64,000 nt of DNA, taken from Chloroflexota bacterium. GTDB taxonomy: Bacteria > Chloroflexota > UBA6077 > JAJPHF01. Both the position numbers and the translations under genes were made by a program. Numbering within the stretch: position 1 is the first letter of the stretch; each line of letters opens with the position of its first letter. Shown here piece after piece: positions 50,379 through 58,958 of the stretch. Location of the stretch: the NCBI GenBank assembly GCA_035293805.1, contig DATGMD010000036.1, forward strand, positions 1,417 through 65,416, written 5' to 3'. Below the pieces are notes generated by a model. It was not told the origin of the DNA. It did no database searches and saw only the letters and a list, made by a program, of their open reading frames with translations.

Positions 50379-52143
50379 TGCTGTGCTGATTTTCACCTTT
50401 AGCCCGGTGCAGACGTTTATCGCCGAAGCGCGGCGGGTGAGCGATCTGCGCGCGGGGAGCCAGACGCTGGTGGCGCTCGCCAGGGCCGCGGGGACCGTGC
50501 TCCAGCAGCACGGCGAGCTCGTCTATCCGGCGAACGTGGACGCGTCACAGGACGCGCCGAACAAGCTGGTAGCGCTCGTGCCCTGGGAGCGCGCGGAGGC
50601 CGCCGTCCGCGCGGCGCAGGCAGCATTGCTCGCGGAGTGGCAGCGGCTCGCGGGGGCGGCGCGGGAGCGGTTTCGGCGGGACGTCGGCGCGCTGGCGCCC
50701 CAGGGCGACGCCATCTGGGAGGAGACCTGGCAGCGTCAAACACACACCTTGTGGGAGGTGTACTGGGCGGCCGCCGCCCAGGACGGCTGCCCCTACGCCG
50801 AGGCCTACGAGCAGGCCAGCCGCGCGGTGGAGGCGGCCAAGCGGACGCGCGCCTTTGCGCCCGCCGAGGAGCCGGGGCTGAAGGACAGCCTGAGCGGCCG
50901 CCGCGCGGCGCTGCACCTCGCCGGTCAGGATGCCAGAGCATACTGGCTCGCCGCGAGCGAGGCCGCGCCCCCGGCCCGGCTCCGCCCCGGCGGCCGCGAG
51001 CGCCTGGACGCGCTCGGCGTGATCAAACGGTTCAGTCCGCTTGCAGAAGGGGCGCGGCTGGCCTCGACCAGCACGGTGGCCAGCGCCGACTTCCTCGCGC
51101 GAGCCCGTCCCCACCTCGCCGCCTATCGCTCGGCGGTGGAAGCACTGCACCCCTACAAAGTCCGCGGCGATCCCGATTGGCCGTACGACGGAGACCTGCT
51201 GTACCGGGAGACCCTGACCCCGGCGAGGTTGCAGGACAGCTACGGGCTACAGCAGCCGGACGATAGCGCGCTGGAGCGAGCGCGCGAGGCGTTGCACCAT
51301 CTCTCCCGCGAGGCAGGCGGGCCCCCCTCGCCCTACTACGCCGTGCTGGTGCTCGACGGCGACGACATGGGCGCGCGCGTGGCCGATGGAGCCCGGGGCG
51401 GCCCGGCGGCGCACCGCCGATTAAGCGAGCGCCTGGCGGCGTTCGCGGCCGGGGCGCTCGCGGCGATGACGCCGTACGAAGCACAGCCGGTGTATGCCGG
51501 GGGCGACGACGTGCTGCTGCTCGTCCCGCTGGCCCGGGCGTTGCCGCTGGCGCAGGTGTTGGCCCAACAATTCTTTGAGGTGACGGGATGCACGGCGTCC
51601 GCTGGGCTGGCCATCGCCCACCACCTCTACCCGCTGGATGCGACCTTGCAGGCGGCGCGCGCCGCCGAGCAGCGGGCAAAATTGGTGCGGGGCAAGGCGG
51701 CGGTGGGGGTGCGCGTGGTGCGGCGCAGTGGCGAGACGACGGACCTGCGCAGTCCGTGGGCGGCGATGGGCGACACGTTTAGTGCATTGGTCGAATTGTT
51801 CCGGGAGGACCGCGACGGCCCGCCGTTGTCCGGTCGCTTCGCCTACGAGGTCGTGGGCATCGCGGCGGCGCTACCGGCCGCCGATGCGCGCCTGGAGGGG
51901 GAGCTGCGGCGGCTGCTGGGCCGTCATCGGCAGGCGGGCCACCCGCGGGCGCCCGCCCCGGACGAGTGGGCGACGCGGCTCCGCGCGTGGGCGGCAGCGC
52001 TGGGCGAGACGACCGCGCAGGAGCCGGACGGGCACGATCCGGCCGGTGCCCCCTCGGAGCCGGCGGCAGCGCGGGAGGCGACGAGCGAACTCGGGCGCTG
52101 GCTGGTGTTCGCGCGGTTCGTGGCCGCGGGAGGGCGCGACTGA
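50371..52143 (+). CDS. cas10: Cas10/Cmr2 without HD domain (cyclase GGDD intact)
   Basis: Same frame as ORF 50224..52143. ATG 50371 overlaps the cmr1 stop by 8 nt. The protein starts directly at FSPVQTFIAEARRVSDLRAGSQ, then YYAVLVLDGDDMG and AQPVYAGGDDVLLLVPL. Length is about 590 aa. Confidence 0.9.
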   Translation: MSDAVLIFTFSPVQTFIAEARRVSDLRAGSQTLVALARAAGTVLQQHGELVYPANVDASQDAPNKLVALVPWERAEAAVRAAQAALLAEWQRLAGAARERFRRDVGALAPQGDAIWEETWQRQTHTLWEVYWAAAAQDGCPYAEAYEQASRAVEAAKRTRAFAPAEEPGLKDSLSGRRAALHLAGQDARAYWLAASEAAPPARLRPGGRERLDALGVIKRFSPLAEGARLASTSTVASADFLARARPHLAAYRSAVEALHPYKVRGDPDWPYDGDLLYRETLTPARLQDSYGLQQPDDSALERAREALHHLSREAGGPPSPYYAVLVLDGDDMGARVADGARGGPAAHRRLSERLAAFAAGALAAMTPYEAQPVYAGGDDVLLLVPLARALPLAQVLAQQFFEVTGCTASAGLAIAHHLYPLDATLQAARAAEQRAKLVRGKAAVGVRVVRRSGETTDLRSPWAAMGDTFSALVELFREDRDGPPLSGRFAYEVVGIAAALPAADARLEGELRRLLGRHRQAGHPRAPAPDEWATRLRAWAAALGETTAQEPDGHDPAGAPSEPAAAREATSELGRWLVFARFVAAGGRD

Positions 52144-53213
52144 TGGACCTCTTCCTGGAACCGGTCGACGTGTGGCTGTTCCGCGATGGGCGCCCGTTCG
52201 ACGCCCTCAGCGACCATCGGGCCGAAAGCGTCTTCCCGCCGTATCCCACGGTGCTCCAGGGCGCGATTCGGTCGCACCATCTGGTCGTTCAGGGCGTGGA
52301 CCTGCGCGACCAGCGGGCGATTGCCGCGGCGGTCGGCACCGCGGACGACTTCAAGGACTTGCGGCTGCGCGGTCCGTTCCTGGCCCGGCGGGCAGCCGAT
52401 ACGGTAGTGCGGTTCCTGCCGCAGCCGGCCGACTCCATCGCCCTTCAGCGCGATGGCCGTTGGACTTTGCAGCCGGCCGCGCCGCCCCAACCGCCGCCCG
52501 CCACCTTGCTCACCAGCGCGCCCACGCCACGGCTGCTCGGTCTGGCGGACGCGCCGACGAAGGGCCGCGCGGGCCTGTGGCTGGCTGAGGCGGACTTGCG
52601 AGCCTACCTGCGGGGCGAGCCGGTCCGCGCCGTGGAAGGCGACACGCTGTTCTGCCGCGAGAGCCGCCTCGGCATCGGCATCAACGACGCTCGACGGACC
52701 AGCGAGGAGGGCGCGCTGTACGAGGCCGACTTCATCCGGCCGCGGACAGACGTCGGGCTGTTGGCCGAGGTGCAAGGCTACACGGGTTGGCCGCCGCGGG
52801 GGCTGCTGCGGCTCGGCGGCGAGGCCCGCGGCGCCTCGTTCGAGCAGGTGTCGGCGCTCCGCTGGCCGGCGCCGCCGGACCCGCTGCCGGCGCGCTTCAA
52901 GCTGTACTTCGCGACGCCGACCTTCTTCCGCGATGGCTGGCGCCCGCTGGGCGAGGACTGGGGCGCTTACTTCGACGGCGGCGTCGAGCTCGTGGCGGCG
53001 GCGGTCGGGCGCTACGAGAGCGTGGGCGGCTTCGATCTGGCCCGCGCCAGCCACAAGCCCGCACGGCGCTACGTGCCGGCCGGCAGCGTCTATTACTTCG
53101 AGAGCGGCGGCGCGGCGCGGCTGCGTCCCGGCCTCGTGCAGCAGGCCGTGACGGATTGGGGCGCGGCGATCGGGTTCGGGCAGATACTGGTCGAGGAGTG
53201 GGACCGTGTTTGA
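52143..53213 (+). CDS. cmr3: Type III-B protein Cmr3
   Basis: Same frame as ORF 51966..53213. The ATG overlaps the cas10 TGA (TGATG). MDLFLEPVDVWLFRDGRPFDA...FPPYPTVLQGAIRS; GGEARGASFE. Confidence 0.85.
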   Translation: MDLFLEPVDVWLFRDGRPFDALSDHRAESVFPPYPTVLQGAIRSHHLVVQGVDLRDQRAIAAAVGTADDFKDLRLRGPFLARRAADTVVRFLPQPADSIALQRDGRWTLQPAAPPQPPPATLLTSAPTPRLLGLADAPTKGRAGLWLAEADLRAYLRGEPVRAVEGDTLFCRESRLGIGINDARRTSEEGALYEADFIRPRTDVGLLAEVQGYTGWPPRGLLRLGGEARGASFEQVSALRWPAPPDPLPARFKLYFATPTFFRDGWRPLGEDWGAYFDGGVELVAAAVGRYESVGGFDLARASHKPARRYVPAGSVYYFESGGAARLRPGLVQQAVTDWGAAIGFGQILVEEWDRV

Positions 53214-54147
53214 GGCGACGGGATTGTTGTTCATCTACGTCGAAACGCCGCTCCACGCGGGCACGGCCCGCGGGCTCGGGGCCGTCGATCTGCCGATTCA
53301 GCGCGAGCGCACCACCCAGTACCCGATCGTCCAGGCGAGTAGCCTCAAGGGCCGGCTGCGAGCCGAAGCGCAGGCGCGCGGCATGGACCGGGCCGTATGG
53401 GAGACGGTTTTCGGCCCGGCGCCGCCAGGCGCGAGCAATGGGGCCGGCGCGGCTCCGAGCGACCACGCGGGGGCTCTGTCGGTGGGCGATGCCAGCCTGC
53501 TGCTGTTCCCGGTGCGCTCGCTGGCGGGCGTCTTTGCCTGGGTGACGAGCCGCGATCTCCTGGCGCGGTTCCAGCGGCGGGCGGAGCTGGCCGGCACGCC
53601 GCCGGACTGGCGGCTGCCCGACGCGCCCGGCCGCGACGAGGCCTGGGTGAGCGGCGACGATCTGCTTGCCGGCGGCCAGGTCGTGCTTGAAGAGTTCAGC
53701 TTCCAGCCGCGCCAGGCGCCCGATGGATCGGTGGCCGCGATCGGCGCCTGGCTCGCGGCGCACGCTCTGCCCGCCGCCGCTGCCGGCCAGGACGACGTGT
53801 ACGCGTACTGGCGCGAAGTCCTGCCGCGGCGGCTGTGCGTACTGCCCGAGGACGCCTGCCGCGACTTCGCGCTGTATGCCACGGAGGTGCAGACTCACGT
53901 GCGCCTGGACCCGGGTTCGAAGACCGTGGCTGACACCGGGCTGTGGACGACCGAGAGCCTTCCCGTGGACACCCTGCTATACGCGCCGCTATTGGCGACT
54001 GGCTCGCGAAGCGAGCGGAAGCTGGCGGCCAGCGCAGTGCTGCAAGAGGTCGCCGCGCTCGGGCTCGACCGCGTGCAGTTAGGCGGCGACGAGACGACCG
54101 GGCAAGGGATCGTGGCGCTGCGCTTCGTGCTGGGGGGCGCGTCGTGA
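53206..54147 (+). CDS. cmr4: Type III-B RAMP backbone subunit Cmr4
   Basis: 313 aa. The GTG start overlaps cmr3 by 8 nt. LFIYVETPLHAGTARGLGAVDLPIQRERTTQYPIVQASSLKGRLRA and LGGDETTGQGIV. Confidence 0.9.
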   Translation: MFEATGLLFIYVETPLHAGTARGLGAVDLPIQRERTTQYPIVQASSLKGRLRAEAQARGMDRAVWETVFGPAPPGASNGAGAAPSDHAGALSVGDASLLLFPVRSLAGVFAWVTSRDLLARFQRRAELAGTPPDWRLPDAPGRDEAWVSGDDLLAGGQVVLEEFSFQPRQAPDGSVAAIGAWLAAHALPAAAAGQDDVYAYWREVLPRRLCVLPEDACRDFALYATEVQTHVRLDPGSKTVADTGLWTTESLPVDTLLYAPLLATGSRSERKLAASAVLQEVAALGLDRVQLGGDETTGQGIVALRFVLGGAS

Positions 54148-54179
54148 AGCCGCACGCCGCATCCGGAGAGGAGGCGCGC

Positions 54180-54569
54180 ATGAGTCAGCAGCGGTCGCTC
54201 GAGCAGGAGCGCGCCGGGCGGGCCTGGGAGTGCGTGCAGCAGGTCCAGGTCAATGGGAAGCACTATGCCGAAGACTACCGGCGGCTGGCGCGCGGCGCGC
54301 CGGCCGAAATCCAGGCGAACGGGCTCGGGCAGACATTGGCCTTCTGGCGGGCGAAGGGCACTGCCGCGCACGGCAAGCTTCTGAACGACGTTGCCACCGC
54401 GTTGCGCGCTCGGTCGCTCGGAGGCGAAGGGCAGGACGTCGTGCGGTGGATCGCGCAAACCGCGACCACCGACGACTACCGGCGGGCGACGGTGGAGGCG
54501 ATGGCGTTCCTGGGCTGGGTGAAGCGCTTCGCCGAAGCAGACTTACTGGGCGGGGGAAACGGCAGATGA
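54180..54569 (+). CDS. cmr5: Type III-B small subunit Cmr5
   Basis: Same frame as ORF 53943..54569. ATG 54180 follows GGAGAGGAGG. 129 aa, helical: YRRLARGAPAEIQANGLGQTLAFWRAKG. Confidence 0.8.
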   Translation: MSQQRSLEQERAGRAWECVQQVQVNGKHYAEDYRRLARGAPAEIQANGLGQTLAFWRAKGTAAHGKLLNDVATALRARSLGGEGQDVVRWIAQTATTDDYRRATVEAMAFLGWVKRFAEADLLGGGNGR

Positions 54570-55906
54570 GAGAGCCCCTTGGGCGGCGCCCGCCGGGGCG
54601 CCCGCCGGCCGGCCCCGAGGGCGGCGCGCCCCGCGGCCCCGGCCCCGCGTACTCGCTCCCGATTCCTCGGGCGAGCGCCGAAGCGTGGGAACGGCACCGG
54701 GACGTATCGCCACAGAACCCGGGACTGGTTTTCACGCGCTTTGCCCCGGACTGGGGCATACCGTCCCGCCCGCGGCCGGGAGAGCCCACGGCGAAGCAGC
54801 GCGGGCTGGAGACAGTGGTGGAGGCGGGCCAGCGGGGCGACGTACGGCTGCTCGTGGCCTGGAACCGGCGCTGGGAGGCGGCGGCCGCGGCAATCGGCGC
54901 CGAGCCCTTCGGCCTGGCGACCGAGTGGCGGCTGATCACGGGGCTCGGGCAGAGTGGGCCGCTGGAGGTGGGCTTCACCTTCCATCGCTACGGCTTCCCC
55001 ATGCTGCCTGCCAGCAGTGTGAAGGGCCTGGCGCGCGCGGCCGGCCGGCTCGCCGTAGCAGAGCGACTCGACGCCGCGGATCTCACGCGACTGGACGAGG
55101 CGCTGAGCGCGCCGGACGACGCGGAGTTCCGGCGCCGCTTGCAGGTATGTGGGGCCGGGGCCGAGGCGGCGATGATGCTGGCCGCGGCCTTCCGCGCCAT
55201 TTTCGGCACGCAGGCAGCAGCAGGACGCGCCGTGTTCCTGGACGCGATTCCTCGCGCCGTTCCTGGCCCGCCGCCGCGCCTTGAGCTGGACATCATGAAT
55301 CCGCACTATCCCGAGCATTATGGCGCTGGGGCGCACCGACGCCCGCCGACGGACGATCAGAACCCGCGGCCCGTGTACTTCCTCGCCGTCGCGGCGGGCA
55401 CGGCGTTTCGCTTCGCGGTGGGCTGGCGCGGCCCTCTCGACGCCGCGAGCCGCGAGCTGCGCGACCAGGCGCGGGCCTGGCTGGCGGATGGCCTGATGGC
55501 GCTCGGGGCGGGCGCGAAGACGAGCGCCGGGTATGGGTACTTCATCACGGGGCCGGGGGACGCGCCGCTCGCCCCTGCCGGCTCTGCCCGGGAAGTGGGC
55601 CACGAGCGACCCGGCGCGCCGGCAGGCACCACGACCGCGGCCATCGCCGCGCGTCCCGAGTTGCCGGCACGGCCGGCCGAGCCTGCGCCACCACCCGCGC
55701 CGCCACCCCCGCTAACTGTAACCCGCTATGGCGTCATCAGGGATATTGATTCGGCGAAGACGAAGCGCGGCCACGTCGAAGACGACGAGACGCACGTCGT
55801 GTACCGGTTCAATACGGCGGTCATTCGGGGCAACTTCCCGCCGCGCCGGGCGCGTGTGCGGTTCGACTTGCAGGGCGACGAGGTCGTTCTGATTAGCAGA
55901 CTGTGA
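54566..55906 (+). CDS. cmr6: Type III-B RAMP protein Cmr6 with an extra C-terminal linker and small beta-rich domain
   Basis: Same frame as ORF 54230..55906. ATG 54566 overlaps the cmr5 stop (ATGA). LITGLGQSGPLEVGFTFHRYGFPMLPASSVKGLAR, DIMNPHYPEHY, LGAGAKTSAGYGYF. About 120 further residues follow. Confidence 0.85.
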   Translation: MREPLGRRPPGRPPAGPEGGAPRGPGPAYSLPIPRASAEAWERHRDVSPQNPGLVFTRFAPDWGIPSRPRPGEPTAKQRGLETVVEAGQRGDVRLLVAWNRRWEAAAAAIGAEPFGLATEWRLITGLGQSGPLEVGFTFHRYGFPMLPASSVKGLARAAGRLAVAERLDAADLTRLDEALSAPDDAEFRRRLQVCGAGAEAAMMLAAAFRAIFGTQAAAGRAVFLDAIPRAVPGPPPRLELDIMNPHYPEHYGAGAHRRPPTDDQNPRPVYFLAVAAGTAFRFAVGWRGPLDAASRELRDQARAWLADGLMALGAGAKTSAGYGYFITGPGDAPLAPAGSAREVGHERPGAPAGTTTAAIAARPELPARPAEPAPPPAPPPPLTVTRYGVIRDIDSAKTKRGHVEDDETHVVYRFNTAVIRGNFPPRRARVRFDLQGDEVVLISRL

Positions 55907-55962
55907 AACGAGCGGCGCGGCTCCGGGACTCGGCGGTAGGCGAAGTGGCAGGAGTGCGGAGA

Positions 55963-57210
55963 ATGCGGGCGGTCAGCTTCCTCGGGCTAAGCGACTATAG
56001 CGAAGCCTGCTACGTGTTTGATGGACGCGAGTGCCGCACGGCGTATTTCCCGGTCGCGGTGTGCGAGCTATTTGGGGCGCGCGAGCTGCGCCTGTTGATG
56101 ACGGCCGCGGCGCGGGCAAAACACTTCGCTGGGCTGCAGGCGGACCTGGCCGCGCGCGGGCTCAGCGATATAGTGCGCGCAGTGGAGATTCCCGAGGGCA
56201 AGAGCGAGGCAGAGATCTGGGAGCTGTTCGACGCGCTGACAGGCGCGCTGCCGTCGTCGCCTGACGACGGGGTGCTGCTAGACGTCACGTTCGGTTACCG
56301 CTCGCTGCCAGTATTGGCGGTCATCGCGGCCGCCTACCTCCAGGTAGCGCGGGGTGTGCATATCGACAAGCTCGTGTACGGCGCCTGGGAGAGCCGGGAC
56401 GAGCAAGGGCGAACGCCAGTGTTTGACCTGTCGCCCTTTCTGACCCTGCTGCGCTGGACTACCGCCACCGAGCAGTTCCTGCGCACGGGGGAGGCGAAGC
56501 CGCTGACCCAAGCGCTGGAGGCGGCCCACAATCTCCCTCATCGGGCCACGCCTTCTGCTAGTGACTTGCCCCGACAATTGAAGAACGTCGCAGGGGCGTT
56601 GGGCGAAGTCTCTCAGGCCATGCAGCTTGCCCGCCCCCACGCCATGATGGAGGCCGCGGCGACGCTCGCCCGTCGGTTGGAGACGGCAGACAGCGAGGCC
56701 ACGCGCTGGGCCAAGCCGTTCGCGGTCCTGCTCGACCGCGTGCGCGCGGACTACGCGCCGCTGGCGTTGAGCGATCCACTCTCCGATGCCCGGCGCGATC
56801 TGGATGTGCAGCGCCGTCTGCTGGATTGGTACGTGGAGCGGGGGCGCGCGGTTGAGGCAATCTTGCTGGCGCGAGAGTACGTCATCTCGAGCTTTATCCT
56901 TCAGCACGGCTGGGATGTGATCGCCGACCGCGACCATGCAGAAAAGCTGCTCAGTGAGGCGGCAGCGGCCAAGCGGACGAAGCAAACCGCAGGGGAGACG
57001 GCAGCGGGTCACGGGGCCGTGCAGGTCGACGACTCCTGGGCGCAACTGTGGAACCAGATCGGCGATCTGCGCAATGACGTGGCGCACTGCGGGATGCGTC
57101 GCTCGCCCCGACCGGTGCGCAGCATTCTCGGCGACGTGGCGAAGCTCCCGGCACAGCTTGCCAGCTTGATCACGCCGCCCATGTCAGGCGCGGGAGGCGT
57201 GCGCCGGTGA
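55963..57210 (+). CDS. csx1: Csx1-family CARF-HEPN protein (DxTHG/TM1812-type)
   Basis: Same frame as ORF 55903..57210. ATG 55963 follows GGAGTGCGGAGA; an alternative GTG 55903 overlaps the cmr6 stop. MRAVSFLGLSDY..., LLDVTFGYRSLPVL (the DxTHG position), and C-terminal IGDLRNDVAHCG (HEPN R-x4-H). Confidence 0.8.
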   Translation: MRAVSFLGLSDYSEACYVFDGRECRTAYFPVAVCELFGARELRLLMTAAARAKHFAGLQADLAARGLSDIVRAVEIPEGKSEAEIWELFDALTGALPSSPDDGVLLDVTFGYRSLPVLAVIAAAYLQVARGVHIDKLVYGAWESRDEQGRTPVFDLSPFLTLLRWTTATEQFLRTGEAKPLTQALEAAHNLPHRATPSASDLPRQLKNVAGALGEVSQAMQLARPHAMMEAAATLARRLETADSEATRWAKPFAVLLDRVRADYAPLALSDPLSDARRDLDVQRRLLDWYVERGRAVEAILLAREYVISSFILQHGWDVIADRDHAEKLLSEAAAAKRTKQTAGETAAGHGAVQVDDSWAQLWNQIGDLRNDVAHCGMRRSPRPVRSILGDVAKLPAQLASLITPPMSGAGGVRR

Positions 57211-57590
57211 TCGTACTGAACTTCGCGCACCCGCTGACGGCGCGGCAGCAGAGTGAGATCGCGGCGCTGCTCGGGGAGGCGGTCGAGCGCGTGGTCGAGG
57301 TGGCGAGCCAGGTGGACGTGCAGCAGCCGCTGGCGCCCCAGGCGGCGGCGCTGGCAGACGCCTGCGGCCTGTCGGCAGCGGAGTGGCAGACGCTGCCACT
57401 GCTCGTCAATCCGCCGTCGCTGAATTTTCTGGCCCTCGCGCTCCTGGCGGAGCTGCACGGGCGGTGCGGCTACTTCCCGGCGCACCTGCGGCTGCGCCCG
57501 GTGCAGCGGGCCAGCCCGCCACGGTACGAGGTGGCCGAGGTGCTCGACTTGCAGCCAATCCGTGACGGGGCTCGGCAACGGCGAGGCTGA
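57207..57590 (+). CDS. Small CRISPR-associated protein, Csx15-like
   Basis: 127 aa. The GTG overlaps the csx1 stop (GTGA). MIVLNFAHPLTARQQSEIAALLG... resembles the Csx15 N-terminus as I remember it. The assignment is tentative. Confidence 0.5.
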   Translation: MIVLNFAHPLTARQQSEIAALLGEAVERVVEVASQVDVQQPLAPQAAALADACGLSAAEWQTLPLLVNPPSLNFLALALLAELHGRCGYFPAHLRLRPVQRASPPRYEVAEVLDLQPIRDGARQRRG

Positions 57591-57621
57591 GCGGCGACCA
57601 GGTTACCGGGAGGGAGCGGCT

Positions 57622-58674
57622 ATGTTTGACCTCGCCGTCCACCTGCTGCGCTTCCGCGCGGAGGTGACGAGCCCGCTGCGGCTGCCGCCTGCCGCCGGCG
57701 CGGCGCTGCGCGGGGCGTTATTCGCGGCGCTGCGGCAGCAGTTCTGCCTGGCCGCCGGCGGCACGGACTGCGGCCGGCCCGCCGTGGCGGCGAGCTGTCC
57801 CGTGTGCTTCCTACTGGCGCCGGTCGAGGCGGGCAATCTCCGCGGCCAGGACGTGCCGCGCCCATACGTCCTGCGCGTGCCGCCCAAGGGGCCGCTGGCC
57901 TATGCGCCCGGCCAGACCTTCGAGTTCGGGCTCGCCACCTTCGGGCGGGCGCTGGGCACGTTCCCCTACGCGCTGCTCGGCGTGCAGGCCATGGGGGAGC
58001 GCGGGCTGGGCGCGGGGCGCGGCGGCAGCTTCCGGCTGACCGAGGTATGGGCCGAGAACCCGCTCGCCGGCCGCCAGGAGCGCATCTACCGCGCGCCCGA
58101 CCGCCAGGTGCGCACCCCCGCGCTGCCGATCGACGCCGCGCAAGTGGCCGCCGAGGCCACGGCGCTGGCGGCCCAGTTATCAGCGGTCAGCAGTCAGCCG
58201 TCAGCCGCGAGCGGGGCGCGGCAAGCGGCGCCCCTACAGGCCAGTCCCCACTCAGCACTCAGCACTCAGCACTCAGCACTTCGCTTGTCGCTGCGGAGCC
58301 CGACGCGCCTCATCGAGGCCGGACGGCTGGTGAAGCCCGACAGTTTCCAGCTACGGACGCTCCTCGCGCGGCTGCTGGAGCGGCTGGACGCGCTCGGCGC
58401 GCGCTACGGCGCCGGCCCCACGGGCGCCGACCCGGCGGCGCTGCTGCGGCAAGCGGAGGCGGTGCGCATCGTCGAGCGCCGGCTCGCCTGGCGCGACCTC
58501 TTCCGGGCGTCCGGTCGCCATGGGCGCATGCTGCCGATGGGCGGGCTGGTCGGCGAGGTCGTGCTAGAGGGCGACCTGGCGCCGCTGCTGCCCTGGCTCG
58601 TATGGGGCACGCTCGTCCACGTCGGCAAAGACGCGGCCATGGGCAATGGCGCTATCGCCCTCGCCGCCCTGTGA
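57622..58674 (+). CDS. cas6: Cas6-family crRNA endoribonuclease (long RAMP form) with internal low-complexity insertion
   Basis: Same frame as ORF 57562..58674. ATG 57622 follows GGGAGCGGC. MFDLAVHLLRFRAEVTSPLRLPPAAGAALRGALF..., CPVCFLL, and the C-terminal G-rich loop VHVGKDAAMGNGAI. Confidence 0.8.
   Translation: MFDLAVHLLRFRAEVTSPLRLPPAAGAALRGALFAALRQQFCLAAGGTDCGRPAVAASCPVCFLLAPVEAGNLRGQDVPRPYVLRVPPKGPLAYAPGQTFEFGLATFGRALGTFPYALLGVQAMGERGLGAGRGGSFRLTEVWAENPLAGRQERIYRAPDRQVRTPALPIDAAQVAAEATALAAQLSAVSSQPSAASGARQAAPLQASPHSALSTQHSALRLSLRSPTRLIEAGRLVKPDSFQLRTLLARLLERLDALGARYGAGPTGADPAALLRQAEAVRIVERRLAWRDLFRASGRHGRMLPMGGLVGEVVLEGDLAPLLPWLVWGTLVHVGKDAAMGNGAIALAAL
58180..58282. repeat. Heptamer-repeat element inside cas6: (TCAGCNG)x4, a 7-bp hairpin, then (GCACTCA)x4
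   Basis: tcagcgg tcagcag tcagccg tcagccg ... ggggcgc ggcaagcg gcgcccc ... gcactca gcactca gcactca gcacttc. It encodes LSAVSSQPSAAS...SPHSALSTQHSALRL. Confidence 0.8.
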
Positions 58675-58754
58675 GCCGCCTGTCGAACTTTTCCTGCGGG
58701 CGCGGAATGGTCATCGAGGCCACGCCGCAGGCCGCGGCCGGCGAGGAGGACGAG

Positions 58755-58958
58755 ATGGCTACCCGCGCCCCGCTCCCGCGCATGACGCTCGCGCTCCGCT
58801 GTGAGGAGTGCGGCGTCGAGGTCGAGGCGTTCGACGCCAACGTGCAGCGCCTGGCGTCCGAGGTATCGCGCGCCCGGCGCGACCACGCGCGGCTGCAGCA
58901 CGGCTGGCAGCCGGCGTTCGCCGCACCGGCGGCCGAGGCGACGCCCGATGCGCGCTGA
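58755..58958 (+). CDS. Small CxxC/HxxxxH protein, paralogue A (unknown family)
   Basis: Tail of the frame of ORF 57804..58958. GAGGAGGA lies 4 nt upstream of ATG 58755; alternative starts are 58707 and 58782. MATRAPLPRMTLALRCEECGVEVEAFDANVQRLASEVSRARRDHARLQHGWQPAF... Paralogous to 60661..60819. Confidence 0.5.
   Translation: MATRAPLPRMTLALRCEECGVEVEAFDANVQRLASEVSRARRDHARLQHGWQPAFAAPAAEATPDAR

Noticed and set aside
50224-57621. The upstream-extended starts given by the ORF track for cas10 (50224), cmr3 (51966), cmr5 (53943), cmr6 (54230) and cas6 (57562).
   Set aside because: The extensions overlap the preceding genes for 60-340 nt and translate to R/A/P-rich text. Internal starts with an RBS or start/stop overlap give N-termini that match the family consensus.
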